DNA of 64,000 nt from Fistulifera solaris (taxonomy: Eukaryota), in the NCBI GenBank assembly GCA_030295235.1, contig AP026151.1:744001-808000 (forward strand), given 5' to 3'. Positions within the stretch are counted from its first letter, which is position 1; every line of letters starts with the position of its first letter. The notes under the pieces are model-generated. The model worked only from the letters and a program-made list of their open reading frames with translations, searched no databases and was not told where the DNA came from. Of this stretch, positions 60,745 through 64,000 are shown in pieces. The position numbers and the translations under genes are program-made.

Positions 60745-60799
60745 ACTATAGGATACAGTGTAGACGACCTTTTTGGGGACTGACCTCGTATCAGTCACG
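60745..60799 (+). repeat. Degenerate hairpin element copy
   Basis: ACTATAGgataCAGTGTAGACGACC...GACTGAcctcgtaTCAGTCACG. Confidence 0.6.
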
Positions 60800-60903
60800 G
60801 AACCTACTTCGCAACATACTCCGTAACAGCAGCAACAAAAAACCTGTTGATAACATCTTTGAATCGACCCCTCTATCTAAAACCTCACAAAATAACATTT
60901 TAA

Positions 60904-61857
60904 ATGTTCTCAGCGAACGAAAATGTCTTGTTGCGGCAACACAAAAAGCGTATTGTGGCGCTCGTCGAAGAAACCATTCCGGAAGACTGCCTCGACTTGG
61001 GTGTTCAAGTGATGGTGATGGAAGTCAAATGTCAAGCGCCCGGTTGTGTGCCTCTCGAAACAGTAATATTAATAGTGTTTCCGAAAGCTCCGAATCAGCC
61101 AGAAGGCACTTACTTATTACCCGGATTACCGCAATCGAACGGAGGCAATTTCAAGACCAAAATTCTCATGCCCATGGCGAATGTCACGAAAGACGATGTA
61201 CTGGATGCCTTGCCACCGCAATTCACGGGAGGACGTCGCTCGATTTCCAAATTGGCCTTACAGGCGCGGGATGTCATGTTGGGGCAAATTACGCAACTGT
61301 TTGATGACAAAGAATCGAGAAAACTCATGGCGGAGTATTTGCAAAAGCAATTGCAGGAATTTGTCAATCGGGATTGTGAGGAGCCCGTATGGGGGCAAGA
61401 ATACGAATCTACCACGACGAATAGTGCTTCTTTGGAGGATGCGACGACTCAATTATCATTAGGTGAGAGCACGATAAGCAGTGGTCCAGAGTTCGACAAC
61501 ACCAGTGCATCACTGACGAGCAACGACACTCTCACCAACCAAACGCAGCAGATGGATCTATTACGAAATAGCAACAAGAATGTAGTCATTCGGCGAGTCT
61601 TGGATAGTACTCCTCCAGTGTCGTCTGCATCCGCTCTACCAGCAATAACTTCGAATGCCCCCACTTCCGTATTGCCCATCGAATCCGTCGCCGCCCGCCG
61701 CCGACAACAAAATTGGTCACGTGCCTTGTCTTCAGCGCCTTCCCCCTTGCAACTTTTAACACAAAGGCAACATGCACCTGGGTTACGACCCGTCGGTTGT
61801 CCCTGTTGTGATCCCGACAATCCTTCAAATGTGGCCGATCAGTTTCTGCATTTGTAA
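60904..61857 (+). CDS. Hypothetical protein with CxxPGCVPLET and terminal GCPCCDP motifs
   Basis: 317-aa ATG ORF with a structured N-terminal region and a C-terminal Cys cluster. Confidence 0.7.
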   Translation: MFSANENVLLRQHKKRIVALVEETIPEDCLDLGVQVMVMEVKCQAPGCVPLETVILIVFPKAPNQPEGTYLLPGLPQSNGGNFKTKILMPMANVTKDDVLDALPPQFTGGRRSISKLALQARDVMLGQITQLFDDKESRKLMAEYLQKQLQEFVNRDCEEPVWGQEYESTTTNSASLEDATTQLSLGESTISSGPEFDNTSASLTSNDTLTNQTQQMDLLRNSNKNVVIRRVLDSTPPVSSASALPAITSNAPTSVLPIESVAARRRQQNWSRALSSAPSPLQLLTQRQHAPGLRPVGCPCCDPDNPSNVADQFLHL

Positions 61858-62076
61858 ACCGGTAGGAATGATAGGATGAATCGAATGAGTTGGGTATAAT
61901 TATACGAGTGAGTCATTACTTCTAATCTAAAGATGTCATTTCGAAATGCTTTAATTTAGCAGCTTTTCTATTAAGAACGTGAAGTTACAAGTCATTACTT
62001 TCGTTCGTCCTTACCTTTCTTTCGTGTCTGATTTCGATCGTGACTGAAGCCGTGACCAAACTGGCTCCTTTAGCTT

Positions 62077-62196
62077 ACGTCACGCACTCGCTCGTTGTTG
62101 TGTAGAAAATGACGACCCATTGGTGATGACGTGGATCGCTTTTCGCTTTCTTGTGTGACGTGTGCTTCCGGAATCAATCGTACAGTAGTATGACGT
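62077..62196. promoter_or_regulatory. Cluster of four TGACGT (bZIP-type) motifs upstream of the mitochondrial carrier
   Basis: ACGTCA at 62077; TGACGT at 62127, 62156 and 62191. Confidence 0.45.
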
Positions 62197-62447
62197 ACGC
62201 ACGTAACATCGGATCGTGATTCGCTACATTTTAGTGAAGAGTGGGGTCATTCCTACATTTGAGCCGTTATTGCTTCTGATTGTGGGATGTTCTGTAGATG
62301 CGTAAGTGCGGGCGTTTTCCGCAACGTGAGCCATCAGATTCATTCTTCGCAAAAGAGCGATGGAATTGTTTTTTTTTTTTGTTTTCTCATTATAAAATTG
62401 ACCGCACAACCCAATTACTTGTAACGACACAACAACAAATATTAATC

Positions 62448-63594
62448 ATGCTGAAAGCTCCTTCTGGTTCTCCTATGGCAACTTCTGCCGCTGCAGCTCC
62501 TCCTAGTCTACTCACGCAAGTCGGTATGGCTGGAGGAGCGGCTGTCATCACGGTGACTTTTATTCATCCGATTGATGTCGTAAAAGTACGTTCTTTATTT
62601 GGGAACGTGTAATGACTCTGCTAAGAAACGGAAGATACTGACACCTTTTCCTCTCTTCACTCAACTCTCTTCTTTCTCTTCTTTACCTTCTTTCTTTTTC
62701 TCTCTCTCTCTCGCTACCTTCTCCTTTCTCCCTCCACACACAACCAAACAGACCCGCATTCAAATCAGTTCCGAATTTGCCGAGTTGGGAATGTTCGGAA
62801 CCATCAAGAAGGTTTCCGGCGAAGAAGGTGTCCTCGGTTTGTGGAAAGGCGTCAATGCCGCTTGGTTGCGAGAAGCCTCGTACACTTCGTTGCGATTGGG
62901 TCTCTATGAGCCCATCAAGGTTGTGTTTGGTTGCAACGACCCGGCGACCGCAACCTTTGTCGGTAAATTCTTGGCGGGGTCGGCCGCGGGTGCCATTGGA
63001 TCCGTCGCCGGTAACCCGGTGAGTTTCTTGGGATGATCGTGTGTCTGTTTTACGCTTCCTTTTCCGATTCACTCACCATTCTACTATAACAGTTCGACGT
63101 TTTGAAAACACGTCTCATGGCCGCCAAGGGAGCCGAAGTTCCCTCCATGATGTCCATTGCCAAGGATCTTTACTCCAAACAAGGAGTTTCGGGCTTTTAC
63201 CGAGGTATTGACTCCAATATTGCCCGCGCCATGGTGTTGAATGGAACCAAGATGGGTGTCTACGATCAATCCAAGGGATACGTCGTGCAATTGACGGGTC
63301 TTCCCAAGTCGTCACTCATGACACAATTCTGTTCGGCCGTCGTGGCCGGCTTTTTTCATGACGTGCACGGTATCACCGTTCGACATGATTCGTACGCGTC
63401 TCATGAATCAACCGTCCGATGCCAAGTTGTACAACAATGCCGTCGATTGCATGATCAAGATCGCCACACAAGAAGGTCCCCTCACCTTTTGGCGTGGTTT
63501 CATGCCCATTTGGTCGCGCTTTGCTCCCACCACGACACTGCAATTGGTCATTTTTGAACAAATGCGAACGGTCATGGGCATGAAGTCGTTGTAA
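62448..63594 (+). CDS. Mitochondrial carrier (2-oxoglutarate/malate-UCP-like SLC25), two introns and one frameshift
   Basis: HPIDVVK|TRIQ, YTSLRLGLYE, GNP|FDVLKTRL, PFDMIRTRLMNQ, GFMPIWSRFAPTT; extra T in the run 63351-63356. Confidence 0.92.
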
Positions 63595-63663
63595 ACGAAA
63601 TCAGTAATAAGTGAACGTTGGTTTGTTTCTTGTTCTAATTTATTTTCTCTTAATTGTTTCGTT

Positions 63664-64000
63664 TTAATATTGTTGATCGCGAATTTCCTGTAACCATTGT
63701 TCTAGAACTGCACGAATCTGTTGATGCGCTTCCACAACATCGGGAGTATCCAAGTGATCGTCCGGATGATTCGACAAGTCGGAATGGTGGGCGCCATTCA
63801 CCATATTGATGACGAGCAAATCGTCCGAAATACTCTCCAACAACGATCCCGCACTCCACATATCGTTCAAACCGTTGGTAAAGAGAATCTTGGTGGCATT
63901 GGCACGGATCAAATCGTCAAAGTGATACATGTGCAGTAGCTTATAGGGTTTTGGTGTCACTTGGAAGCGGCGTTCGCAGTGCTGGGTTAACCATTCCAAC
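63664..64000 (-). CDS. Serine carboxypeptidase S28 (prolylcarboxypeptidase-like), C-terminal part only
   Basis: ILFTNGLNDMWSAGS, GAHHSDL, VVEAHQQI...W; runs off the window end. Confidence 0.85.
   Translation of the reverse strand, partial: LEWLTQHCERRFQVTPKPYKLLHMYHFDDLIRANATKILFTNGLNDMWSAGSLLESISDDLLVINMVNGAHHSDLSNHPDDHLDTPDVVEAHQQIRAVLEQWLQEIRDQQY

Noticed and set aside
1..64000. tRNA, rRNA or autonomous transposase/reverse transcriptase genes
   Set aside because: None was recognised by eye; tRNAscan-SE and Rfam searches would be needed to exclude small RNAs.

Overview
Gene-dense eukaryotic nuclear DNA with short GT-AG introns. The gene set (HSF paralogues with the FPEK-intron junction, bipartite plastid presequences, PET117, TBCB, USPs) points to a pennate-diatom-like stramenopile; this is inference and the species is not determined. 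About 36 protein-coding genes are recognisable. Many are split by single-base indels in homopolymer runs, most likely assembly errors. Main items for follow-up: (1) a tandem pair of JmjC/2OG-Fe(II) oxygenases with His-Cys-Ala in place of HxD, the carboxylate-loss signature of radical halogenases, next to a TPMT/halide-methyltransferase-family gene; (2) a ~53-bp dispersed intergenic element (ACTATAG-N3/4-AAAGTGT...CACGACTG-SATTT-CAGTCATGA hairpin) in at least 13 copies, three times as direct pairs 205-219 bp apart and twice followed by palindromic CCAGATTTTCTGG arrays, suggestive of a non-autonomous rolling-circle element; (3) a four-exon gene, absent from the ORF track as a whole, with one ~35-aa repeat per exon; (4) an intronless GMC oxidoreductase plus secreted Cys/His protein island bracketed by these repeats; (5) a TA-flanked MITE between the HSF duplicates. 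No rRNA, tRNA or CRISPR array was found.
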